DNA from: an uncultured Gemmiger sp.
Lineage (GTDB): Bacteria; Bacillota; Clostridia; Oscillospirales; Ruminococcaceae
NCBI GenBank assembly: GCA_959018215.1
Contig: CAUEKL010000001.1
Location: forward strand, 1-57,295
Direction: 5' to 3'
DNA: 57,295 nucleotides
The notes beneath the pieces were generated by a model that saw only the letters and a list, made by a program, of their open reading frames with translations, was not told the DNA's origin and did no database searches. The translations under genes and the position numbers were made by a program. Of this stretch, positions 49,523 to 57,295 are shown one piece after another (positions within the stretch are counted from its first letter, which is position 1; every line of letters starts with the position of its first letter).

Positions 49523-49642
49523 AAATCTTGCATTTGTCGAAATCCGTTTTCCGGCGACGGGGCACAAACTCAGTGTTCATCAGTAAAATCGGCCTCAAAT
49601 TATCTTGCATGAAATCTTGCATTTTTCCAGAAAATCTTGCCA
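49523..49642 (+). repeat. Right-arm ATCTTGC(A) motifs (putative integrase arm-binding sites)
   Basis: gaaatcttgcattt and ttatcttgcatgaaatcttgcatttttccagaaaatcttgcc, same orientation as the left-arm copies. Confidence 0.82.
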
Positions 49643-49803
49643 AAAGGGGTCAAAACCGGGGGTGGCGATTTGATTCGTACCATAGCCATTTTTCGGGGGT
49701 TGGCCCCTCGAAAACGGCTTGACACCGCCAAAAATCCGGGGACAAACTGACCAGTTTTGACCCGCCCTGTTTTACAAGAGCCTTTTCGGCACAGGACTCG
49801 AAA

Positions 49804-49856
49804 TGCGATAGGGCGTTAACAGCGCCGCCAGAGTTCAAATCTCTGATGCTCCGCCA
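49804..49856 (+). pseudogene. 3' half of host tRNA-Ser(CGA) (attR)
   Basis: tgcga-variable arm-cagag-ttcaaat-ctctg-atgctcc-g-cca; complements 25565-25603. Confidence 0.92.
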
Positions 49857-49860
49857 GAAG

Positions 49861-49909
49861 AAAAGGCTGCGAGGCAGGAACGTACGTTCCTACCCCGCAG
49901 CCTTTTTTT
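49861..49909 (+). terminator. Original host tRNA terminator
   Basis: aaaaggctgcg...cgcagccttttttt. Confidence 0.8.
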
Positions 49910-50164
49910 GATGTACCCCGATCACAGATGCCGGCCGGGGCTGTCTTGGAGGCAAAAAGCGCCCGCCGCCGGCAGCGGCCCGAGAAAATATATGCGCGAA
50001 ATGAACAAAAGCAAAAATGGCTATTTGATGAAACTGTACAATACGTGCAAAAACTGTCCTCTTTTGACAGTGAAAAAGAGCGAAATGACAGAACAAACGG
50101 ATCAATTTATACCATAATGACAAGTAGCAAGAGAATACGTGGGAAAACTATCAGGAGGCGATTC

Positions 50165-51580
50165 ATGAAAACCCAATGTCATAATCCGTATCTGCCGCTG
50201 TATGAGCATATCCCGGACGGCGAACCCCATGTGTTTGACGGCCGCCTGTATGTGTTCGGCAGCCATGATCTGGAAAACGGCAGCGAGTTCTGTGAGCAGG
50301 ACTATGTGGCCTGGTCGGCACCGGAGGACGATCTGTCCGACTGGCGCTGCGAAGGGGTCATCTACCGCAAGGATCAGGACCCCTACAACAAGGACCGGCT
50401 GCCTTTGTACGCCCCGGACGTGGTGCGCGGTCCGGACGGGCGGTACTATCTGTTCTACTGCGCCAAGTTCCAGGACTCCATCAATGTGGCGGTCTGCGAC
50501 ACCCCCGCCGGCCAGTATGAGTTTTACGGCCGTGTCCATTACGAGGATGGCCGGGTGATGACCGACAACCAACCCTACGATCCTTCGGTGATCTGCACCG
50601 AGGAAGGCAACTTCCTCTACTTCGGCTTTGCGCCCTGCATGATCAACATCCCGCGCTACAAAGGCCAGGACCTGCGGGGCGGCAGCGTGCTGCAGCTGGC
50701 CGACGACATGCTCACGGTCAAAACCGGCCCGGTGGTGGTGGCACCCAGCCTGCTGTACGGCAAGGGAACCTCTTTTGAGGGCAACGAGTACTTTGAAGGC
50801 CCGTCCATCCGCAAGATCCGCGGCCGGTATTATCTGGTGTATTCCTCGGTGAACACACACCAGCTGTGCTACGCGGTCAGTGACCGCCCCATGGAGGGCT
50901 TTACCTTCGGCGGGGTCATCGTGAGCAACGGCGACGTGGGCTACCAGGGCCGCAAGGAAGAGGACAAACTGATGTCGGTGGGCAACAACCACGGCGGCCT
51001 GGTGGAGGTCAACGGACAGTGGTACATGTTCTATCACCGCCATACCTCCCTGAACCAGTACAACCGCCAGGGTTGTGCCGAACGGGTGTACTTCCGGGAG
51101 GACGGCAGCATTCCCCAGGTGACCATCACCACCAGCGGCATGAATCCCGGTCCGCTCTCCGGCGATGCTTCCTACCCGGCGGTTTACTGCTGCAACCTGA
51201 CCAACGGCCATATGGGGGCCCTGTCCTCCATCGGCCGGACCAACAAGGAAGCGGATTTCCCCTACCTCACCTGCGAGGCGGGCGAGCGGTATGTGACCAA
51301 CGTCAAGGACGGCTGCCTGATCGGCTACAAATACTTTGATCTGGCCGAAACGAAGCGGCTGGAGGTGGTATACCGGGCCGACGGCAACGGGGAACTGGAA
51401 GTACGCACGAGCATGGACGGCGAACCGGTCGCCGTCATCCCCACACCGGCCTGTGCCTGGTGGCGCTGCGCCGAGACCGAGACCGACTTCGGCAACGCGC
51501 AGGAACTGTATCTGGTATACAAGGGAGAGGGAAGCCTGTCTCTTTCCCTGTTGAATCTGAAAGCGGAAAAAGGAGAATGA
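50165..51580 (+). CDS. GH43 glycoside hydrolase with C-terminal CBM6-like domain
   Basis: 'NPYLPLYEHIPDGEP', 'LYAPDV', 'DPSV', 'FEGPSIRK', 'GNNHGG', 'GYKYFD'; ATG after aggagg. Confidence 0.9.
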   Translation: MKTQCHNPYLPLYEHIPDGEPHVFDGRLYVFGSHDLENGSEFCEQDYVAWSAPEDDLSDWRCEGVIYRKDQDPYNKDRLPLYAPDVVRGPDGRYYLFYCAKFQDSINVAVCDTPAGQYEFYGRVHYEDGRVMTDNQPYDPSVICTEEGNFLYFGFAPCMINIPRYKGQDLRGGSVLQLADDMLTVKTGPVVVAPSLLYGKGTSFEGNEYFEGPSIRKIRGRYYLVYSSVNTHQLCYAVSDRPMEGFTFGGVIVSNGDVGYQGRKEEDKLMSVGNNHGGLVEVNGQWYMFYHRHTSLNQYNRQGCAERVYFREDGSIPQVTITTSGMNPGPLSGDASYPAVYCCNLTNGHMGALSSIGRTNKEADFPYLTCEAGERYVTNVKDGCLIGYKYFDLAETKRLEVVYRADGNGELEVRTSMDGEPVAVIPTPACAWWRCAETETDFGNAQELYLVYKGEGSLSLSLLNLKAEKGE

Positions 51581-51582
51581 TC

Positions 51583-52938
51583 ATGAAAAACAGCAAACCC
51601 TCCTGGAAAGAGGTTATCGCCTTTGCCATCGGCGATGGCGGCTGCAACCTCGTCTGGACGACCATCGGCTCGTACCTGACCCTCTACTACACCGACAGCG
51701 TGGGCCTTGCGGCGGCCACCATCGGTACCATGATGCTGCTGACCCGTCTGCTGGACGGCGTTTCCGACCTGGTCATGGGCGGCATCATTGACCGCACCCA
51801 CACCCGTTGGGGCAAAGCCCGTCCCTGGATCCTCTGGACCGCCATTCCCATGGGTCTCGGCCTGGTGCTGGTGTTCACCATCCCCTCCGGTCTGAGCGAC
51901 GGCGGCAAGCTGGCCTGGGCAACCATTACCTATGTGCTGATGGCCGTTGTGGTGTACACCGCCTGCAACCTGGCATACAATACCCTGCTTTCCCTGGAAG
52001 CACCGGACCCCAAGGACCGTGTCCTGATGAGCTCCATCCGCTTCTTCTTCACCATGGCCTGCGTGCTGTTCATCAACTACAATGTCAACAACATGGTGGA
52101 CAAGTTCGGCTGGACCGGCATGGCCGTGATTTTCGGCGTCCTGGCAGCCATCCTGCTGCTCATCACCTTCGCCGGCACCAAAGAGCGCACCAATATTGAG
52201 CAGAACACCGCCAAGAACAAGAACGCCGCCGACAAGGTCAGCGTACTGGATTCCGTCAAACTTCTGTTCAAAAACAAATATTTCCTGCTCGTGACGGTTG
52301 TTTTTGTGGTAGACTATACTATACTGGGTGTAAATAACGGCCTGCGCATCTACTATGCCCGGGATGTCCTGGGCAGCGCGGCCCTGATGGGCACCCTGAC
52401 CCTCTGCTTCATCCTGCCCAAGATGATCGGCAACCTGGTCTTCCCCTACATCAACAAGTTCCTGGGCAAGTGGAAGAGCCTGATGCTGGGCTACGCCATT
52501 GAGCTGCTGGGCCTGCTGATCATGGCCTTCACCGAAACCTCCTTCACCACGGCAGCCATCGGCCTGGTCTGCCTGGGCATCGGCGGCATCCCCCACAACG
52601 CAGGTCTGTTCGCCATGGTCGCGGACGTCATCGACTACGGCGAGTGGAAGACCGGTGTCCGCCTGGATGGCCTGACCAACTCGGTCACCTCCTTCGGCAT
52701 GAAGGTCGGCGCCGGTCTGGGTTCCGCCATCGTCGGCTGGGGCCTGGCCTGGGCCGCCTATGAAGGCACTCTCGCAGAGCAGACGGCTTCCACCATCGCC
52801 GGGATCAAGGACGTGTTCACCTTCGTCCCCATCGTGCTGATCGTGGTTGGCGCAGTGGCCCTGTTCTTCTGCAACCTGGACAAGATCTATCCCCAGATCT
52901 CCAAGGGCCTGGAAGAGAAGAGAGCGCTGAACAAGTAA
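51583..52938 (+). CDS. Glycoside-pentoside-hexuronide (GPH) MFS symporter
   Basis: 'YYTDSVG', 'DGVSDLVMGGIIDRTHTRWGKARPW', 'DVIDYGEWKTG'. Confidence 0.92.
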   Translation: MKNSKPSWKEVIAFAIGDGGCNLVWTTIGSYLTLYYTDSVGLAAATIGTMMLLTRLLDGVSDLVMGGIIDRTHTRWGKARPWILWTAIPMGLGLVLVFTIPSGLSDGGKLAWATITYVLMAVVVYTACNLAYNTLLSLEAPDPKDRVLMSSIRFFFTMACVLFINYNVNNMVDKFGWTGMAVIFGVLAAILLLITFAGTKERTNIEQNTAKNKNAADKVSVLDSVKLLFKNKYFLLVTVVFVVDYTILGVNNGLRIYYARDVLGSAALMGTLTLCFILPKMIGNLVFPYINKFLGKWKSLMLGYAIELLGLLIMAFTETSFTTAAIGLVCLGIGGIPHNAGLFAMVADVIDYGEWKTGVRLDGLTNSVTSFGMKVGAGLGSAIVGWGLAWAAYEGTLAEQTASTIAGIKDVFTFVPIVLIVVGAVALFFCNLDKIYPQISKGLEEKRALNK

Positions 52939-53023
52939 GAAGCGTTTCCGTATAGTACATGCTCCCGGTGTCCCTGCACGGCACCGGGAGATTTTCGATT
53001 TTCCGAAAGAAAGGAGCACGCAG

Positions 53024-53944
53024 ATGAGCTACTCCATCTATGAAACCATCAGCAGCAGCCAGGCGTTTCCGGTCAAACTGTTTGCCACCCCCATCAAAAA
53101 CAGCACCTTCCACTGGCACAATGAGTATGAGATGATCGGGGTGCTGAAAGGGGAGGTGGGCATCCGGGTGGAATCAGAGTCCGTTGCCCTGCGGGAAGGG
53201 GACGTGCTGCTGATGAATCCCCGGGTGATCCACGCCATCCAGAGCCTGGATGACGAAAAGAACCTGTGTATGATCCTGCAGATGAGCCCGAAGCTGTTTC
53301 AGGTGCAGGAGCATGAGGATTGCGACATCCGCTTTTATCTGGACAGCACCCGGGCGGACGAGGCGCCCCCCTGCGGCTACGGGTATTTCTACAAAAAGCT
53401 GGCGGCGTTGGTTTATGAGACCCTCCGGGAGGACCAGCATTCGCCTTATCGCATCCGGGCGGGAGTCTGCGGCCTGATCGCGGATCTGTTCGACTATGTA
53501 GCCTACGACAGGTGCTTCCAGGACCCGGTGGCACAGAACCAGCAGGAGCTGGCGGTGTCGGTGATCGACTATCTGGAGCAGCACCTGACCGACGACCGGA
53601 CGCTGGAATCTGTCTGTCGCCGGTTCGGGCTGAGCCGCAAGACGCTGGACCGCCTGCTGAAGGCGACGACCGGTTTCACGGCCAAGGAGATGATGGAAAC
53701 CCTGCGGGTGGAACACGCCAAGGCGCTGCTGAAGAACACCGAAAAAAACATGAATTATATTCTGGATTCCTGCGGCTTCGGTTCGGAAAAGACCTTTTAC
53801 CGGGTCTTTCACCAGAAAACCGGCCTGACGCCCAACGAGTTCCGCCGCAAAGGCCAGGTGGAAACGAAGGGGGAGACGGTCCAGGGGTATCTGGACTACG
53901 AAGTGTCGGAGGTGAAGGAATGTCTGGAGAAGGTGCTGGCATGA
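53024..53944 (+). CDS. AraC-family regulator with cupin sensor domain
   Basis: 'HWHNEYE', C-terminal 'CGFGSEKTFYRVF..KTGLTPNEFR'. Confidence 0.92.
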   Translation: MSYSIYETISSSQAFPVKLFATPIKNSTFHWHNEYEMIGVLKGEVGIRVESESVALREGDVLLMNPRVIHAIQSLDDEKNLCMILQMSPKLFQVQEHEDCDIRFYLDSTRADEAPPCGYGYFYKKLAALVYETLREDQHSPYRIRAGVCGLIADLFDYVAYDRCFQDPVAQNQQELAVSVIDYLEQHLTDDRTLESVCRRFGLSRKTLDRLLKATTGFTAKEMMETLRVEHAKALLKNTEKNMNYILDSCGFGSEKTFYRVFHQKTGLTPNEFRRKGQVETKGETVQGYLDYEVSEVKECLEKVLA

Positions 53945-56034
53945 GAGAAGAAGGCACACAGGACTGGAAGGCATTCCGTCTCGCCTGGACGGAACAGGCC
54001 CGGAAGTTGCTGGAAACCATGACCCTGGAGGAGAAGGTCGCCCTGATGAGCGGGACCGAGACCAAACAGGGCGTCCGCGGGGCGCTGTGGAGCCAGACCA
54101 GAACACACTATAACGAGAACCCCTACCAGGCGGGAGGGGCGCCGGACCGGGACATTCCGGCGGTGCGTTTTGTGGACGGGACCAGGGGCGTGGTGTGCGG
54201 CCGGGGGACCTATACCTGCTTCCCGGTGACGGCCATGCGGGGCGCCACCTTTGACCCGGCCCTGGAGGAGGCGGTGGGGCGTGCCATCGCCGAGGAAGTG
54301 CTGGATGCCGGCGGCAACCTGTTCGGGGGCGTCTGCGTGAACCTGCCGGTACATCCGGGCTGGGGAAGAGCCCAGGAAAGCTACGGCGAGGACCCCTGCC
54401 TGCTGGGCAAGATGGGCGCCGCCCTGGTGCGGGGGGTACAGGACCGAGGGGTGATCGCCTGCGTCAAGCATTTCGCCTTCAACTCCATGGAAAATGCCCG
54501 GTTCAAGGTCTCGGTCAGCTGCAGCAGGCGGGCGGAGCGGGAGGTGTTCCTGCCGCACTTTCAAAAGTGCATAGAGGCGGGGGCCGGGGCGCTGATGTGT
54601 GCCTACAATTCCTACGAAGGAGTGCTCTGCGGTCACCAGGACTATCTGCTGAACCGGGTGCTCAAGGGGGAGTGGGGCTTTGACGGCTTTGTGATGAACG
54701 ATTTCCTGTGGGGGATCCGGGACACGGTGGCGGCGGTGAACGGCGGGCTGGACCTGGAGATGCCGTCCACCCAGTTCTTCGGGGAAAAACTGGTCCGGGC
54801 GGTCCGGGAGGGCAAGGTGCCGCAGGCACGCATCGACGAGGCCGCCCTGCGCATGGTGCGTACCCTGCTGGCGCACCGGGACCGCTGCGCCGAAGCCCTG
54901 CCCACCGGGTATCTGAAGCCGGAACAGTTCCGGCAGCATGCCGCCCTGGCACTGCAGTGCGCCCGGGAAGGCATTACCCTGCTCAAGAACGAGGGGAAGC
55001 TCCTGCCCATCCGGCTGGGCGAGGGGCGTGTCACGGTGGCGGTGCTCGGCCGTCTGGCCGACCGGGAAAACACCGGGGACCACGGCTCCAGCCGGGTCTA
55101 TGCGCCCTACACCAAAACCCTGCTGCAGGGCATGGCAGACTGGCGTGACCGGGCCAACATCGTTTACTATGACGGGCAGCAGGAAGCCCACTGTAGACGC
55201 CTGGCCCGGCAGGCGGACTATGTGGTCCTGGTGGTAGGCAACGACTATACCCGGGAGGGAGAAAGCTTTGCCCGGGAGGGAGAGCAACCCGCCGGCATCG
55301 GCGGGGACCGTGTGAGCGGTCTTGGCCTGGAAGAAGGGGACCTGCGGATGATCCGGGCGGTCAGCGAGGTGCGCCGGGATGCGGTGGTGGCGCTCATGGG
55401 CGGCAGCACCATTACCATGGAGGGGTGGCATGACCGGGTGGGGGCGATCCTGTATGTGTACTACCCCGGCATGGAAGGGGGAACGGCCTTCGCCGAGGTC
55501 CTGTTCGGCAAGGCCAACCCCGGCGGCAAGCTCCCCTTTGTGATCCCCCGGCGGGAGGAGGACCTGCCTGCCCCCGACTGGAACGCCGAGCAGGTCGTCT
55601 ACCCCTACTTGCACGGCTACACCCTGCTGGAGGAAAAGAAAACCCCGCCCCTTTACCCCTTCGGCTTCGGGCTGTCCTACACCCGGTTCAGCGTCAAGGC
55701 GCTGGGCGCCCGGTGGAAGAACGGGCAGATCGCCGCAGCGGTGTCGGTGGAAAATACCGGCAGCCGGTCAGGGGCCGAGGTGGTGCAGCTGTATATCGGG
55801 GCGCCGGCCTCGGCGGTGCGGCGCCCTGCCCGCCTGCTGAAGGATTTCCGGCGGGTGGAACTGCGCTGCGGGGAGAAAACCACCGTGGAGCTTGGCTGCT
55901 CCCTGCGGGACTTGGCCTGGTATGACGAACAGAGGGAAACTTTTGTGGAAGAGCCCGGCCCCTACGAAGTCTATGTCGGGACCAGCAGCGCCCTGCAGGA
56001 CCTGGTCCGGCTGGACCTGCCGCCCATGCCGTAA
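53941..56034 (+). CDS. GH3 beta-glucosidase/xylosidase with Fn3-like domain
   Basis: 'MTLEEK', 'GRAQESYGEDP', 'KHF', nucleophile region 'VMNDF', 'YPFGFGLSYT', 'EVVQLY'; ATGA overlap with AraC. Confidence 0.93.
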   Translation: MREEGTQDWKAFRLAWTEQARKLLETMTLEEKVALMSGTETKQGVRGALWSQTRTHYNENPYQAGGAPDRDIPAVRFVDGTRGVVCGRGTYTCFPVTAMRGATFDPALEEAVGRAIAEEVLDAGGNLFGGVCVNLPVHPGWGRAQESYGEDPCLLGKMGAALVRGVQDRGVIACVKHFAFNSMENARFKVSVSCSRRAEREVFLPHFQKCIEAGAGALMCAYNSYEGVLCGHQDYLLNRVLKGEWGFDGFVMNDFLWGIRDTVAAVNGGLDLEMPSTQFFGEKLVRAVREGKVPQARIDEAALRMVRTLLAHRDRCAEALPTGYLKPEQFRQHAALALQCAREGITLLKNEGKLLPIRLGEGRVTVAVLGRLADRENTGDHGSSRVYAPYTKTLLQGMADWRDRANIVYYDGQQEAHCRRLARQADYVVLVVGNDYTREGESFAREGEQPAGIGGDRVSGLGLEEGDLRMIRAVSEVRRDAVVALMGGSTITMEGWHDRVGAILYVYYPGMEGGTAFAEVLFGKANPGGKLPFVIPRREEDLPAPDWNAEQVVYPYLHGYTLLEEKKTPPLYPFGFGLSYTRFSVKALGARWKNGQIAAAVSVENTGSRSGAEVVQLYIGAPASAVRRPARLLKDFRRVELRCGEKTTVELGCSLRDLAWYDEQRETFVEEPGPYEVYVGTSSALQDLVRLDLPPMP

Positions 56035-56103
56035 ACACAGAAGGCCCTCCGCATTGTGCTGAGCGGCGCCGGGGACGCACCTTGCAAAGCAGGAAAACAC
56101 CCC

Positions 56104-56160
56104 TTGACTTGGTAGGTAAATGGTGCTATCCTTTTATAACATACTAACTTGGTGGGTAAA
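56104..56160 (+). promoter_or_regulatory. metY promoter with duplicated operator-like motif
   Basis: TTGACT-17 bp-TATCCT with extended TG; ACTTGGTRGGTAAA at 56107-56120 and 56147-56160. Confidence 0.6.
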
Positions 56161-56172
56161 AGGGGGCTGCCC

Positions 56173-56229
56173 ATGCAAACCTTCTGGTTCCGGCTGCTGC
56201 GGCACAACTTCCGCTTCGGGCGAATGTGA
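56173..56229 (+). CDS. Putative 18-aa leader peptide MQTFWFRLLRHNFRFGRM
   Basis: Purine-rich RBS aaaaggggg upstream; lies between the promoter and metY. Confidence 0.4.
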   Translation: MQTFWFRLLRHNFRFGRM

Positions 56230-56275
56230 TGTCTGTTCTGCCGCTTTACATTTCAGAACAGAAAGGAACACTGCC

Positions 56276-57295
56276 ATGTCTGCCTATCATTTCGAAACCC
56301 TTCAGCTTCATGTGGGGCAGGAACGCCCCGACCCCGCCTCCGACGCCCGGGCGGTGCCCATCTACGCCACCGCCTCCTACGTATTCCCCGACAGCCGCAA
56401 CGCGGCCGACCGGTTCAGCCTGGCGGCCAGGGGCAACATCTACGGCCGCCTGACCAACTCCACCCAGGAGGTGCTGGAAAAGCGGATTGCCGCCCTGGAA
56501 GGGGGTGTGGCGGGGCTGGCGGTGGCCTCCGGCGCTGCCGCCATCACCTACACCCTCCAGGCCCTGGCCCGGCAGGGGGAGCACATCGTGGCCCAGAAGA
56601 CCATCTACGGCGGCACCGGCAATCTGCTGGCCCACACCCTGCCCCTGTACGGCATCACCGCCAGCTTTGTGGATGTGCACGACCTGCAGGCGGTGGAAGC
56701 AGCCATCCGCCCCAACACCAAGGCCGTCTACATCGAGACCCTGGGCAACCCCAACAGCGACATCCCCGACATCGACGCCCTGGCGGCCCTGGCCCACCGG
56801 CACGGGCTGCCCCTGGTCATCGACAACACCTTCGGCACCCCCTACCTGATCCGCCCCCTGGAGCACGGGGCCGACATCGTGCTCCACTCCGCCACCAAGT
56901 TCATCGGCGGCCACGGCACCACCCTGGGCGGCATCATCGTGGACGGCGGGACCTTTGACTGGGCGGCCGGCGGCCGGTATCCCTGGCTCAGCGAGCCGAA
57001 CCCCAGCTACCATGGCATCCGGTTCACCCAAGCCGCGGCCCCGGCGGCCTTCGTCACCTACATCCGGGCCGTCCTGCTGCGGGACGAAGGAGCCTGCATC
57101 AGTCCCTTTGCGGCGTTTCTGCTGCTGCAGGGCACCGAGACCCTGAGCCTGCGCCTGGAGCGCCATGTGGAAAACACCCGGAAGGTGGTGGCCTATCTGG
57201 CAGCCCATCCCCGGGTGGAGTCGGTCAGCCACCCGTCCCTGCCCGGCCATCCCGACCATGCCCTGTACCAACGGTATTTCCCCCGGGGCGGGGCG
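56276..57295 (+). CDS. metY: O-acetylhomoserine aminocarboxypropyltransferase/sulfhydrylase (runs off the window end)
   Basis: MSAYHFETLQLHVGQE...AVPIY...YGRLTN...ALEGG...DNTF...HSATKFIGGHG (PLP lysine); absent from the ORF track because it has no stop in the window. Confidence 0.9.
   Translation, partial: MSAYHFETLQLHVGQERPDPASDARAVPIYATASYVFPDSRNAADRFSLAARGNIYGRLTNSTQEVLEKRIAALEGGVAGLAVASGAAAITYTLQALARQGEHIVAQKTIYGGTGNLLAHTLPLYGITASFVDVHDLQAVEAAIRPNTKAVYIETLGNPNSDIPDIDALAALAHRHGLPLVIDNTFGTPYLIRPLEHGADIVLHSATKFIGGHGTTLGGIIVDGGTFDWAAGGRYPWLSEPNPSYHGIRFTQAAAPAAFVTYIRAVLLRDEGACISPFAAFLLLQGTETLSLRLERHVENTRKVVAYLAAHPRVESVSHPSLPGHPDHALYQRYFPRGGA

Larger units (their letters stand above)
25604..49803. 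mobile_element. Integrative mobilisable element (24.2 kb) inserted in the tRNA-Ser(CGA) anticodon loop
   Basis: Direct repeat ACTCGAAA at 25596-25603 and 49796-49803; tyrosine integrase, relaxase, MobC, AAA, xis-like gene; shared arm motifs at both ends; no T4SS genes seen. Confidence 0.92.

Noticed and set aside
25604..49803. Prophage or self-transmissible ICE
   Set aside because: No capsid, terminase, VirB4 or coupling-protein genes; only integrase, relaxase and MobC, so IME
25565..49856. Split tRNA joined by trans-splicing, or an intron-containing tRNA
   Set aside because: No bulge-helix-bulge or group I intron features seen; the duplicated core, arm sites and integrase explain it as site-specific integration
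56130..56275. SAM-I or T-box riboswitch upstream of metY
   Set aside because: Leader is short and I see neither signature motif nor a U-tailed terminator; not confirmed by Rfam

Overview
High-GC Firmicutes chromosome window; gene content and codon style suggest a gut Oscillospiraceae/Ruminococcaceae such as Subdoligranulum or Gemmiger (inference). Left part, about 1-25.5 kb: a DUF368 membrane protein, an RpiR/NanR-regulated sialic acid uptake and catabolism operon (ABC transporter, nanA, YhcH-like, nanE, ROK kinase), a convergent three-gene operon PfkB kinase / TIR-NagB-like fusion / HAD phosphatase, two transporters, a GT2, an M32 carboxypeptidase and an ARG-box-regulated argGHCJBD operon. 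Middle, 25604-49803: a 24.2 kb integrative mobilisable element with tyrosine integrase, relaxase, MobC, AAA helicase-like protein and excisionase-like HTH. It has split a host tRNA-Ser(CGA) at the anticodon loop (5' half 25565-25603, 3' half 49804-49856). Instead of repairing that gene it carries a different complete tRNA-Ser(CGA), and a second orphan tRNA 5' half sits between them at about 190-bp periodicity. Its cargo is an arabinoxylan-oligosaccharide locus (GH43, ABC transporter, two-component system, GH51, GH8 Rex). Right part: GH43, GPH-family symporter, AraC, GH3 and the start of metY. The two strongest novelty candidates are the TIR-NagB sugar-phosphate 'writer/reader/eraser' operon and the tRNA-replacing nested integration site. 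All calls are by eye from motifs; no searches were run.
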